In this document: piece after piece, positions 1 through 8,097 of the stretch
How positions within the stretch are numbered: the stretch's first letter is position 1
Layout of the letters: every line of letters starts with the position of its first letter
NCBI GenBank assembly: GCA_016932315.1
Contig: JAFGDD010000004.1
Location: 125,466 to 189,465 of the forward strand
Length of the DNA stretch: 64,000 nt
Direction: 5' to 3'
From: Candidatus Woesearchaeota archaeon
Lineage (GTDB): Archaea > Nanobdellota > Nanobdellia > Woesearchaeales > SM23-78
Notes under the pieces: generated by a model
What the model saw: only the letters and a program-made list of their open reading frames with translations
Database searches by the model: none
Told to the model about the DNA's origin: nothing
Translations under genes and position numbers: made by a program

Positions 1-1
1 T

Positions 2-658
2 GATGCTTTACTCGCCACTGAAAACGATCTCCTGATGATAGGTCAGTCTAAGGGTAAGTTTGGGGGCGGAGCAAGAAGAATATTTAGACAGACTCAAAAG
101 AAAACCATGGAAGGCAACAAACCAAAGTTCTCAGCCATTGCTATTGTCGGGGACAAAAATGGTCACGTGGGCATAGGCATGGGTTGCGCCAAGGAAACAG
201 TGCCTGCTAGGGAGAAAGCAGTAAAAAAAGCCAAGCTGAATATTTTCAGAATCAGAAGAGGATGCGGCTCTTGGCAGTGCGGTTGCGGAAAGCCACACTC
301 AATACCATTCTCAGTAATAGGAAGATGCGGTTCAGTCGAGATAAAATTCATGCCTGCACCAAAAGGAAAAGGTCTTTGCTCTGCGCCAGACATAGCTAAG
401 ATATTGGCTTTTGCAGGCATCAAAGATATATGGGCCAAGACCAGAGGCCAGACCAGGAACAGGGTTAATTTTGTTTATGCCTGTGAAGATGCTCTGAGAA
501 AACTTGTCAAGACCAAAGTGCAGCCAGACCAATACAAGGTTGTTGCACTGGCAGAAGGTAGCATTCAGCAGGAGGCGGCAAAACAAAAGCCCGTGGAAGC
601 CGAAGTTATTGAAGAGAGCACGAGCACTCACAACCCTAAAATAAATGAGGAAGCATGA
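2..658 (+). CDS. rps5: 30S ribosomal protein S5 (uS5); the reading frame is open to window position 2, so the gene is probably 5'-truncated by the window edge
   Basis: Translation contains the S5 dsRBD-like core (KFSAIAIVGDKNGHVGIGMGCAKE) and the S5 C-terminal domain (GRCGSVEIKFMPAPKGKGL). The frame upstream of the ATG at 35 (DALLATENDLLMI) resembles archaeal S5 N-terminal sequence. Position in the S5-L30-L15-SecY order supports the call. Confidence 0.9.
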   Translation, partial: DALLATENDLLMIGQSKGKFGGGARRIFRQTQKKTMEGNKPKFSAIAIVGDKNGHVGIGMGCAKETVPAREKAVKKAKLNIFRIRRGCGSWQCGCGKPHSIPFSVIGRCGSVEIKFMPAPKGKGLCSAPDIAKILAFAGIKDIWAKTRGQTRNRVNFVYACEDALRKLVKTKVQPDQYKVVALAEGSIQQEAAKQKPVEAEVIEESTSTHNPKINEEA

Positions 659-1196
659 GCAAATGGAAAAAACAGAATTAACTGAAAAGAGAATTGAGCA
701 AAAAAGAGAGATTAAGAAATCATCAACAACAGGAACAACTGCTGTAAGAATAGAAAAAAAAACAAGCTCAAATGCAGCAACTACACTCAGCTCAATAAAG
801 TCTCGTGCTCCAGGAACAAAACCCAAAGGAAAGATTGCAATCATACTCATAAGAGGAGTTGTTAGGGCAAGAGAAAATATTATAGCAACGCTCTTTGCGC
901 TAAGGCTCAGGAAAAAGAATTCGTGCGTTGTGCTGGAAGACACACCAAGCAACAGGGCATCTGCAATGAAGTGTAAAGATTATGCTGCTTTTGGTGATAT
1001 TAATGAGGAGACTTATAAGCTGCTAGTCGAGAAGAGGGGAAAGAAAGGAGCAGATGGCAAATTAAAACAATTCTTCCTTCTCCATCCTCCCAGAGGAGGC
1101 TTTGAGAGAAAAGGAATAAAAACTCCTTTTAGCAATGGCGGCGCACTAGGCAATAGAGGAGAAAAGATTAATGATTTGATTAAGAAGATGTTATGA
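645..1196 (+). CDS. rpl30: 50S ribosomal protein L30 (uL30) with a low-complexity N-terminal extension
   Basis: Core IAIILIRGVVRARENIIATLFALRLRKKNSCVVLEDTPSNRASAMKCKDY matches the L30/L7e fold. The gene follows S5 with a 14-nt overlap, which is the canonical order. Confidence 0.85.
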   Translation: MRKHEQMEKTELTEKRIEQKREIKKSSTTGTTAVRIEKKTSSNAATTLSSIKSRAPGTKPKGKIAIILIRGVVRARENIIATLFALRLRKKNSCVVLEDTPSNRASAMKCKDYAAFGDINEETYKLLVEKRGKKGADGKLKQFFLLHPPRGGFERKGIKTPFSNGGALGNRGEKINDLIKKML

Positions 1197-1224
1197 TTTA
1201 GGTTATTATGAGGTCGAATAAATT

Positions 1225-1782
1225 ATGATGCGTTTCAAAAAGAAAAAAGTCAGGAAGCAAAGAGGAAGCACCTATCATGGTTGGGGCAGAGGAGCTTCTC
1301 ACCACAAAGGCGCAGGTAACAGAGGCGGTAGAGGGCGCGCAGGAACAGGAAAAAGGGCAGATGCGAAAAAGCCTAGTTTCTGGAAAGAACCAACAGGCAA
1401 GAGGGGATTTACTTCTAAGAGCAGAATGGCAATGAAAGCCATTAACCTGGTAGATGTTTATGATAACCTAGCAGAATGGGTTAACAAGGGGTTTGCTTCA
1501 AAAACTGCTGCTGGTTATGATGTTGATTTAAAAAAAGCAGGATATGATAAGCTGCTTGGAACAGGAGAAGCAGGAGAATTTAAGGAAAAGCTTTTTATCA
1601 TAACAGACTTTGCTTCAATTAATTCTGTTGCCAAAGTAAAAGAAGCCGGCGGCGAAGTGAAAGTATTAAAAACTATTGTGAAGAAAGAGAAGAAAAAGCC
1701 GGTCAAGCACAAAAAAGCAGAAAACTCAGAAAAAGCAGATGAAGTTGAGGCAGGACAAAAAGAAGAGCCAGAAGAAAACTAA
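1225..1782 (+). CDS. rpl15: 50S ribosomal protein L15 (uL15) with a Lys/Glu-rich C-terminal tail
   Basis: N-terminus KKKVRKQRGSTYHGWGRGASHHKGAGNRGGRGRAGTGKR is the uL15 signature. It precedes secY. Confidence 0.9.
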   Translation: MMRFKKKKVRKQRGSTYHGWGRGASHHKGAGNRGGRGRAGTGKRADAKKPSFWKEPTGKRGFTSKSRMAMKAINLVDVYDNLAEWVNKGFASKTAAGYDVDLKKAGYDKLLGTGEAGEFKEKLFIITDFASINSVAKVKEAGGEVKVLKTIVKKEKKKPVKHKKAENSEKADEVEAGQKEEPEEN

Positions 1783-1864
1783 GTCAGTGAAAATAATATG
1801 ATTAAATAATAAAACAAAGATATTTTTATTACATCCTTTTTTTAAAATCAAACAGGGGTTTCAT

Positions 1865-3235
1865 ATGGGTGCTTTTGATAATATACTCTACAATCTTCCT
1901 GAAGTTCAGGCGCCAACCCAGAAAAAGCTGGCTTTTAAGGAAAAGCTAAAATGGACCCTTATTATTCTAGTATTATTTTTCATCCTCGGTTTGATACCAT
2001 TGTACGGCTTGGGAAGCAATGCCTTGCAGCAGTTTGAGTTCTTCTCAGTAATACTGGGCGCAAGTATGGGGAGCATAATAAGCTTAGGTATTGGTCCTAT
2101 TGTTACAGCATCCATTGTTCTACAATTACTGCAAGGTTCAGGGCTTGTAAAGTTTGATCTTTCATCGCATGAAGGAAAGAGAAGGTATCAGGGGATTCAG
2201 AAGTTACTGTCAATATTTTTCATAATATTTGAAGGATTTATCTATGTGCAAATGGGCGGTTTGAGGCCGATGCAGGGCGTTTCGCCGTTAATCCTGATTT
2301 TCCAACTATTCCTCGGTGGCTTGATGATAATGTTCATGGACGAGGTAGTAAGCAAATGGGGTTTTGGCTCAGGCATCAGTTTGTTCATAGCAGCAGGGGT
2401 GGCCCAAAGCCTGTTTATCAGAGCATTTAATCCATTGCCGAGCCCAACCAACCCTGGTGTCGCAACAGGAGCAGTTCCCGCCCTCATACAATCATTAAGC
2501 GCCGGTGATCCCACTACTGCAGGATTGATGTTTGCAGCAATAGTAGCTACTATTCTGATATTCCTTGCTGTGGTTTATGCTCAGGCCATGAGAGTGGAAG
2601 TTCCTCTCAGCTTTGGCAGGGTTCGAGGTTATGGCATAAGATGGCCTTTACATTTCTTTTACACAAGCAACATTCCCGTGATACTGGTTTCAGCTCTTAT
2701 CGCGAATATACAACTCTTTGCGCAGCTTCTCGCCAATTGGGGTCGTCCATTACTAGGCACATTTTCAGGAAATACTCCTGTTTCAGGATTAGCAGCGTGG
2801 CTTTACGGCCCCAAAATAGTGCAGAACATAATCACCCACTCGCTTACACTGACACAAGTGTGGCACGCCCTTATCTACGTGTTGTTCATGATGATAGGTT
2901 CAATGATTTTTGGAGTTTTTTGGGTGCAAACCTCAGGACTGGATGCCAGAAGCCAAGCTAATCAGATGATTAATTCAGGATTGCAAATTCCTGGCTTCAG
3001 AAAGGATGTCAGGGTGCTTGAGAGAATGCTGAAGAGATACATCTGGCCCCTTACTATCCTTGGGGGATTGGCAGTCGGCCTGCTTGCTGCTCTAGCAGAC
3101 ATCTCAGGAGCTTTAGCCCATGGAACAGGCATCCTGCTCACAGTTATGATAGTTTATCGCCTCTATGAGGACATCGCCCAGCAGCACATGATGGACATGA
3201 ACCCTGCCATGAGAAAGTTCATTAGTGGAGGATAG
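1865..3235 (+). CDS. secY: Preprotein translocase subunit SecY
   Basis: 456 aa with 10 predicted TM segments. The N-terminal LPEVQAPTQKKLAFKEKLKWTLIILVLFFILGLIPLYG and the plug/TM2 region match SecY/Sec61alpha. It lies immediately after L15. Confidence 0.95.
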   Translation: MGAFDNILYNLPEVQAPTQKKLAFKEKLKWTLIILVLFFILGLIPLYGLGSNALQQFEFFSVILGASMGSIISLGIGPIVTASIVLQLLQGSGLVKFDLSSHEGKRRYQGIQKLLSIFFIIFEGFIYVQMGGLRPMQGVSPLILIFQLFLGGLMIMFMDEVVSKWGFGSGISLFIAAGVAQSLFIRAFNPLPSPTNPGVATGAVPALIQSLSAGDPTTAGLMFAAIVATILIFLAVVYAQAMRVEVPLSFGRVRGYGIRWPLHFFYTSNIPVILVSALIANIQLFAQLLANWGRPLLGTFSGNTPVSGLAAWLYGPKIVQNIITHSLTLTQVWHALIYVLFMMIGSMIFGVFWVQTSGLDARSQANQMINSGLQIPGFRKDVRVLERMLKRYIWPLTILGGLAVGLLAALADISGALAHGTGILLTVMIVYRLYEDIAQQHMMDMNPAMRKFISGG

Positions 3236-3336
3236 AGACGGATAGAATTTATTTAACGACTAGCTTTCTTATTAATTTTTTTGCATCTTTTTTGCGGCAG
3301 AGTTAGAAAAGTTTATATATCTATTGCCCATCCTCA

Positions 3337-3729
3337 TTGATTATGCTTTTTATTAAGAAAAAAAAGATTTCAATAGATAATGTCATTAGAGAATATGTTA
3401 GGAATCATCCCGAGAGATTTAGCTGTTTTAATCTTGATATTGAATTAAAAACAAAAGAGGACCGCTTAATTTATGAACTTATGAAAATTCCGGTTATCAT
3501 AGAAATATCGCGGCGGCCCTCGAAATTAGGGTTGGGTTTAGAAGAACAAGTTTACATGAGCAAATGCCACGAAGCGCCCGTTATAGATAAGGATGGTGCG
3601 GCTTATTGTTCAAAGTGCGGGTATGAAACCAAAGTTAAAACAAAAGTCCGAATAAGCGCTTATGGCGCGCACGTCAGGGCATCAACCCCTCATAATCCCC
3701 TGGACTGGTTTCGTCCCTTTATAATATAA
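3337..3729 (+). CDS. Hypothetical small protein with a zinc-ribbon-like C-terminal motif (C-H-x13-C-x2-C); it occupies the slot where adenylate kinase normally sits
   Basis: ORF between secY and the DUF106 gene. The motif is CHEAPVIDKDGAAYCSKCGYE. No recognisable kinase P-loop. Start codon is uncertain. Confidence 0.35.
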   Translation: MIMLFIKKKKISIDNVIREYVRNHPERFSCFNLDIELKTKEDRLIYELMKIPVIIEISRRPSKLGLGLEEQVYMSKCHEAPVIDKDGAAYCSKCGYETKVKTKVRISAYGAHVRASTPHNPLDWFRPFII

Positions 3730-3790
3730 GGAGGGATTCTGGTTTCCCTTTTTATAGCAACCTTTAAAAATAAGTTGTTTTTCTTTTCCT

Positions 3791-4558
3791 TTGTTCAACG
3801 AGGTGATTGCTAATTTGGTTTTAGAAAACATTTTCCTGCTAAAGATCCCGTCCTTTTGGGCTATACTTATTATTTCTTTTGTGCTTACTCTTCTCATCAC
3901 CTTAGTCTACAAGTTCACGACAGACCAGAAGAAGATGAAGAATCTAAAGGAGGAGATGAAAGAATACCAGAAGAAAATAAAGACTTTGAGCAAGCAAGAC
4001 CCTCAAAAAGCTATGAAGATTCAGCAGGAAGCCATGAAGCACAATATGGATTACATGAAGAGCAGCTTCAAATCAACACTCTACACTTTCATCCCAATCA
4101 TCATAATATTTGGTTGGCTGAACTCTCACATGGCATACTACCCATTACAACCAGACCAACCTTTCTCTGTAACTGCCTATTTTGCACAGGGTCATGCACC
4201 CGCTGCTAGCATATCTAGCATTCCAGAGCTAGACATTATTGGGAATATAACTCAACCAATTATTGACGGCAAGGCAGTATGGCAACTTAAGGGAGCAGCG
4301 GGCGAGTACAAGCTAGTCATCAAATACAATAATGAGGAATACGATAAACCTCTCATAATAAGTTCAGAGAGGATTTATGAGCAGCCAGAGCTCAGAATAG
4401 CCAATTCAAAGCTGCAGAAGATTCTTGTTGGCAATGAAAAAATCTATCCTCTTGGCTATGTTAATTTCTTCGGCTGGAGACCCAACTGGCTCTGGGCTTA
4501 TATCATATTCAGCGTCCTATTCAGCATAGGATTAAGGAAAATGCTCAAGGTATATTAA
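3791..4558 (+). CDS. DUF106 / Oxa1-superfamily (EMC3/TMCO1-like) membrane protein with a ~100-aa extra-membrane insertion between TM2 and TM3
   Basis: Topology is TM1 (FWAILIISFVLTLLITLVY), a charged coiled coil (KKMKNLKEEMKEYQKKIK...QQEAMKHNMDYMKSSF), TM2 (LYTFIPIIIIFGWL), a long soluble insert, and TM3 (WLWAYIIFSVLFSIGL). Synteny between secY and rpl34e is conserved in archaeal ribosomal superoperons. Confidence 0.6.
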   Translation: MFNEVIANLVLENIFLLKIPSFWAILIISFVLTLLITLVYKFTTDQKKMKNLKEEMKEYQKKIKTLSKQDPQKAMKIQQEAMKHNMDYMKSSFKSTLYTFIPIIIIFGWLNSHMAYYPLQPDQPFSVTAYFAQGHAPAASISSIPELDIIGNITQPIIDGKAVWQLKGAAGEYKLVIKYNNEEYDKPLIISSERIYEQPELRIANSKLQKILVGNEKIYPLGYVNFFGWRPNWLWAYIIFSVLFSIGLRKMLKVY

Positions 4559-4665
4559 GAATTAATATATCCTGTTTTTCATCGTAACCTTTATAAACCC
4601 TCTTTTATTCTCGAGGAGAAATAGCTAAAATTATTTGTTTTAAATGAGATTAACGAGGTCATAAT

Positions 4666-4935
4666 ATGCCAAGGATGAGCAGAAGGTCAAGAAGCCTTAG
4701 AAGGATAAAGAAAAAACTGCCAGGAGGAAGCACTAAGCTGGTGTATGCCAAGAGGCAGCCAGGAACTACAAAGTGTAGTATCTGCCACATAGAATTGAAA
4801 GGCATTCCTAGGATGAGGCCGTTTGAGGCTAGAAACATGGCCAAAACTAAGAAGAGGCCCGAAAGGGCTTACGGCGGCTTTCTCTGCGCTAATTGCCTAA
4901 GAGAAAAATTAAAGCAAGAGGCAAGGCAGAGTTAA
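4666..4935 (+). CDS. rpl34e: 50S ribosomal protein L34e (eL34)
   Basis: 89 aa, basic, with a C4 zinc motif (CSICH...CANC) and an RRSRSLRRIKKK N-terminus typical of eL34. Confidence 0.85.
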   Translation: MPRMSRRSRSLRRIKKKLPGGSTKLVYAKRQPGTTKCSICHIELKGIPRMRPFEARNMAKTKKRPERAYGGFLCANCLREKLKQEARQS

Positions 4936-5002
4936 GATCAATATTATTTATGAAATTATTCACGTCCTGTAAAAAAAATACAAAGATATCATGTATCCGC
5001 GA

Positions 5003-5022
5003 GGTTTTTGGCGACAAAAACC
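5003..5022. terminator. Stem-loop ggtttttg-GCGA-caaaaacc (8-bp stem, GNRA-type loop) about 65 nt after the rpl34e stop
   Basis: Perfect inverted repeat read directly from the sequence. Its position is 3' of a gene. Confidence 0.3.
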
Positions 5023-5054
5023 ACCCTAATCTAAGGATACTAAAAAAATAAAAA

Positions 5055-5114
5055 TTTATTATAAGATTTATTATGAGATTCATTATAAGTTTTATTATAA
5101 GTTTAGTTATAAAA
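5055..5114 (+). promoter_or_regulatory. Four to five tandem copies of a 12-nt TATA-like unit (tttattataaga / tttattatgaga / ttcattataagt / tttattataagt / ttagttataaaa) upstream of rpl14e
   Basis: Direct tandem repeats seen in the sequence, 40-100 nt upstream of the ATG at 5152. Each unit resembles an archaeal TATA box. An aggagg RBS lies at 5138-5143. Confidence 0.3.
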
Positions 5115-5151
5115 TAAATTATTAGGAATAAAATTTAAGGAGGACATTAAA

Positions 5152-5568
5152 ATGTTTGAGATCGGAAGAGTTTGTATGAAGATAGCAGGCAGGGATGCAG
5201 GCAAGAAGTGCCTTGTTATTGATGTTGTTGACGAGCATTTTGTAATGATAGATGGTCAAACCAGGAGACGGAAGTGCAACATCAAGCACCTTGAGCCGAT
5301 TAACCAGGCGGTGCAGATTAACAAAAACGCTCCCGCACCAGAAGTCGCTAGAGTGCTAAATGAAATCGGCATTCTGGTTGAGGAAAAAAAGCAGAAAGTA
5401 AAATCTGAGAAAAAAGCCAAGACCGCCAGACCTAAGAGGGCAAGGAAAAAGAAAGAATTGCCAGTGAAGGAAAAAGTCAAGGAAAAGACCAAGATTATCA
5501 AGTCAGAAACTAAGACCAAAAAACTTGACAAAAACAAACCTGAAGAGAAAGTTGAGGAAAAAGCTTAA
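5152..5568 (+). CDS. rpl14e: 50S ribosomal protein L14e (eL14) with a Lys-rich C-terminal extension
   Basis: N-terminal KOW/SH3-like motif MFEIGRVCMKIAGRDAGKKCLVIDVVDEHFVMIDG. A strong SD (aaggagg) lies 8 nt upstream. Confidence 0.85.
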   Translation: MFEIGRVCMKIAGRDAGKKCLVIDVVDEHFVMIDGQTRRRKCNIKHLEPINQAVQINKNAPAPEVARVLNEIGILVEEKKQKVKSEKKAKTARPKRARKKKELPVKEKVKEKTKIIKSETKTKKLDKNKPEEKVEEKA

Positions 5569-5729
5569 AATAATTTAATTTAAACCAATCCATAACCTAA
5601 TTAGTTGAACTTTATCTCGGGAAAAAGCTGCTTGATAAAACCTATTTTTTACTTTTTCTTTTATTATTTTTTATTAATCTTTGTTAAGACTAATGAATAG
5701 ACAAGTCCAGTAACATCCGGTAAAAAATT

Positions 5730-6296
5730 CTAGTAATCAATTTGCCGCTTTTTTATCCCGGGTCTTTTTGATTTTTTTCTTTTGAGCTCTATCTGTTCGA
5801 GAATGACCTTTATAGCTTCTTGAGGAGTATTAACACCAATTACCTTCTCTGTTTTTCTTTCATCAAAATAAATGCCTGCCAAGCTCTCTGCCATGCCGCC
5901 GCTCGTGGTAATGGCCACTATCGGGACGTCTTCAATATATGCATAGCTTGCCTCATTAAGCGTGCCTGCTCCACCGCCAACTATTACTGCTCCGTCCGAA
6001 CTATTAAGATTAATGGCATCTCTGGACCAACCGATGCCTGTAGCCACAATGACGTCGCAGTATTTATTGTAATGCTCTATCTTGCCCCATGGCAGGATGC
6101 CGAGTGTGATGCCACTGTATTTTTTTGCTCCTTTCATAGCAGCTTCCATTACCCCGTGGCCTCCTCCAGTGACTGTTATAGCGCCTATTTTGGCTATTTC
6201 CTCACCCACTTGCTCTGCCAGCTGATAAGCCTTTTTTGTGCATATCTCTTTGCTGCTTCCAAGAACTGCTATTTGTAATCTTCTGACCATGCTCAA
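5730..6296 (-). CDS. LOG/TIGR00725-family Rossmann-fold protein (cytokinin-riboside-phosphate hydrolase-like, lysine-decarboxylase-like)
   Basis: Motifs GGGHGVMEA and VGGGAGTLNE are diagnostic of the LOG/TIGR00725 fold. 188 aa. Confidence 0.7.
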   Translation of the reverse strand: MSMVRRLQIAVLGSSKEICTKKAYQLAEQVGEEIAKIGAITVTGGGHGVMEAAMKGAKKYSGITLGILPWGKIEHYNKYCDVIVATGIGWSRDAINLNSSDGAVIVGGGAGTLNEASYAYIEDVPIVAITTSGGMAESLAGIYFDERKTEKVIGVNTPQEAIKVILEQIELKRKKSKRPGIKKRQIDY

Positions 6297-6333
6297 TCAC
6301 CCATTAATTTTTATTCATTACATATAAAGGATA

Positions 6334-6353
6334 CCTCGCCCTTTAGGGCGGGG
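6334..6353. terminator. GC-rich hairpin cctcgccc-ttta-gggcgggg between the pheT 3' end and the LOG-gene promoter
   Basis: 8-bp stem with one G-U pair, read from the sequence. It sits immediately downstream of the pheT stop on the minus strand, and a TATA-like tttatatg follows on the minus strand. Confidence 0.4.
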
Positions 6354-6376
6354 AGGTTCATTTTTATTAACTTTTT

Positions 6377-8053
6377 TTAATTTTCGTTTTTGTTTTTTAA
6401 TAAGTTAAACACTTGTGTCATGTTAATTTCAAAAGCCACGACAGGCATTATCAAGCCGAAGTTGCTGAGGACTTCCGGAGTTATTTCGCCGATAACAGCT
6501 ATTTCTTTTTTATCTGTGATTATCTTTCCAACCCTTCCTTTGATAAAGCTAGTGTGAATTGTTTCCTCAACACTCGCATTCAGATTTAGTGCCTTCAAGA
6601 GGTTGTCAAGCACCTGTTTTATTCTTGTAAAATCAATTTCCTCGCTGCTCATAACCAGAGCAAGACTAATCTCTTCTTTCACTCCAGTTTCTGTTTTTGT
6701 GTCTCGATCATTTTTGAAGACAGCTCCTATCTCGAAAATATTCTGCGGGTATTCCCTGTGTTTGTTCTCGCTCAGAGTCCTTAGCAACGTTGGGATAATC
6801 CATGAGCGCATCACATTCCTTTCTTCTGCCTGTGAGTTCTTTATTTCCACGAGCTCATGGTTTTGATTGCAATGCTTAGATTGGTCGTCTTTGCTGGCCA
6901 GGCAATAATTCTTAACCTCAATAAAACCGTGGCCGATAAGGATTTCCCTGATTCTGTCACTGAAAACCTCTAGTTCATCCTCTTCTCCTGTGGTTGCAAC
7001 GCGAGGTATGATTTCAGGGATGTTGTCATAGCCATAAGCAATTCCTATGTCCTCTGCAAAATCAATCATGTGCAAGATGTCTGTCCTGTAAGCAGGCACC
7101 ATGACCTTCTTGGTTTTGGCTTCATACTCGAAACCCATTTTTTCAAGGCAAAGCTTAAGATTTGCTTCATTCAACTCAATGCCAAGAATCTTGTTAACGT
7201 ATTTCAGATCAACCTTCATCTTGGCCGGCTCAAGGTTTGGTGTGATTCTTTTTTTGTCAGGATAATTTAGATCCATTGAATAAATTTTTCCGCCCATGTC
7301 CGCCATTGTTGTAACAAGAATATTAAGGCATTGCTCCATTATTATTAAGTCAAAGCCGCTGCATTCAATAAAAACTTCTGTTGTCTTTTCGCTAACCTTG
7401 CCTGTTTTGTGAGAATTAATTATTGGCGGCATGCTTAGGATTTCATTATTAGCATCAATAAAAACAGGATATTTATCAAAACCTTCAAGCAAATAGCCAT
7501 ATTCTTTTCCAGTTGGATGCTGGCTGATTATCTGACCCCCACTCATCACCCTGGTTGATTCTAGCGGTTGAAATTTAATCTCATCAGGCTTTAATGCCTT
7601 GTAATAAATTGGAAGCTTGATGTGTTCTAGAGGATAAATGCCAATTGCCACTCTTTTTCTGTTCCTGCCAAAACTCACATGAAGTTTTTCCTGGATTTGG
7701 ATTATCTCCCTTATTTTTTCATCATCAAACTTGAGATTCTTTACAATAGCGCAGGCAGTGCAGGGCCTAATCTTTTCCACGCTCTTATCAATCACTACCT
7801 TTGCTCCAGAATTTTTTACAATATACTTTCTAAGCCCTTTTTTTGTTCCTACAAAGCTTGCAAGTGCCCTTCCAAGCCCTTGCTCTGATAATAAGTCAGG
7901 CCTGTTGGGGTTTATCTCAACAGTTACTTCATCTTCTTTTAATCCTTCAAAAGATATGCCTAGGAAGATTATTTTTTCCTTTAATTCTTCATCGCTCATA
8001 TGCTTTCCAATTTGCTTGAGCAGCCCTTTTTTGCTAACAGTTATTGTAGGCAT
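6377..8053 (-). CDS. pheT: Phenylalanyl-tRNA synthetase beta subunit (archaeal type)
   Basis: 558 aa. The N-terminal B1/B3-4 domains and the C-terminal class-II-like core are typical of archaeal PheT. It lies directly downstream of pheS in an operon. Confidence 0.9.
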   Translation of the reverse strand: MPTITVSKKGLLKQIGKHMSDEELKEKIIFLGISFEGLKEDEVTVEINPNRPDLLSEQGLGRALASFVGTKKGLRKYIVKNSGAKVVIDKSVEKIRPCTACAIVKNLKFDDEKIREIIQIQEKLHVSFGRNRKRVAIGIYPLEHIKLPIYYKALKPDEIKFQPLESTRVMSGGQIISQHPTGKEYGYLLEGFDKYPVFIDANNEILSMPPIINSHKTGKVSEKTTEVFIECSGFDLIIMEQCLNILVTTMADMGGKIYSMDLNYPDKKRITPNLEPAKMKVDLKYVNKILGIELNEANLKLCLEKMGFEYEAKTKKVMVPAYRTDILHMIDFAEDIGIAYGYDNIPEIIPRVATTGEEDELEVFSDRIREILIGHGFIEVKNYCLASKDDQSKHCNQNHELVEIKNSQAEERNVMRSWIIPTLLRTLSENKHREYPQNIFEIGAVFKNDRDTKTETGVKEEISLALVMSSEEIDFTRIKQVLDNLLKALNLNASVEETIHTSFIKGRVGKIITDKKEIAVIGEITPEVLSNFGLIMPVVAFEINMTQVFNLLKNKNEN

Positions 8054-8097
8054 TAGTTTTTTCCTCTCATCAAGCTTCGCTCTAATTTCTTATTTTT

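Noticed and set aside
5820-6278. 152-aa plus-strand ORF antisense to the LOG-family gene. The same applies to many 60-170-aa antisense or alternative-frame ORFs, for example 163-438, 332-952, 9181-9691, 9801-10280, 21153-21503, 21706-22002, 28573-28998, 34938-35444, 44419-44637 and 62193-62486
   Set aside because: Each lies fully within or opposite a well-supported gene. They have Cys/Ser/Phe/Leu-rich low-complexity translations and no RBS. They are interpreted as shadow ORFs.
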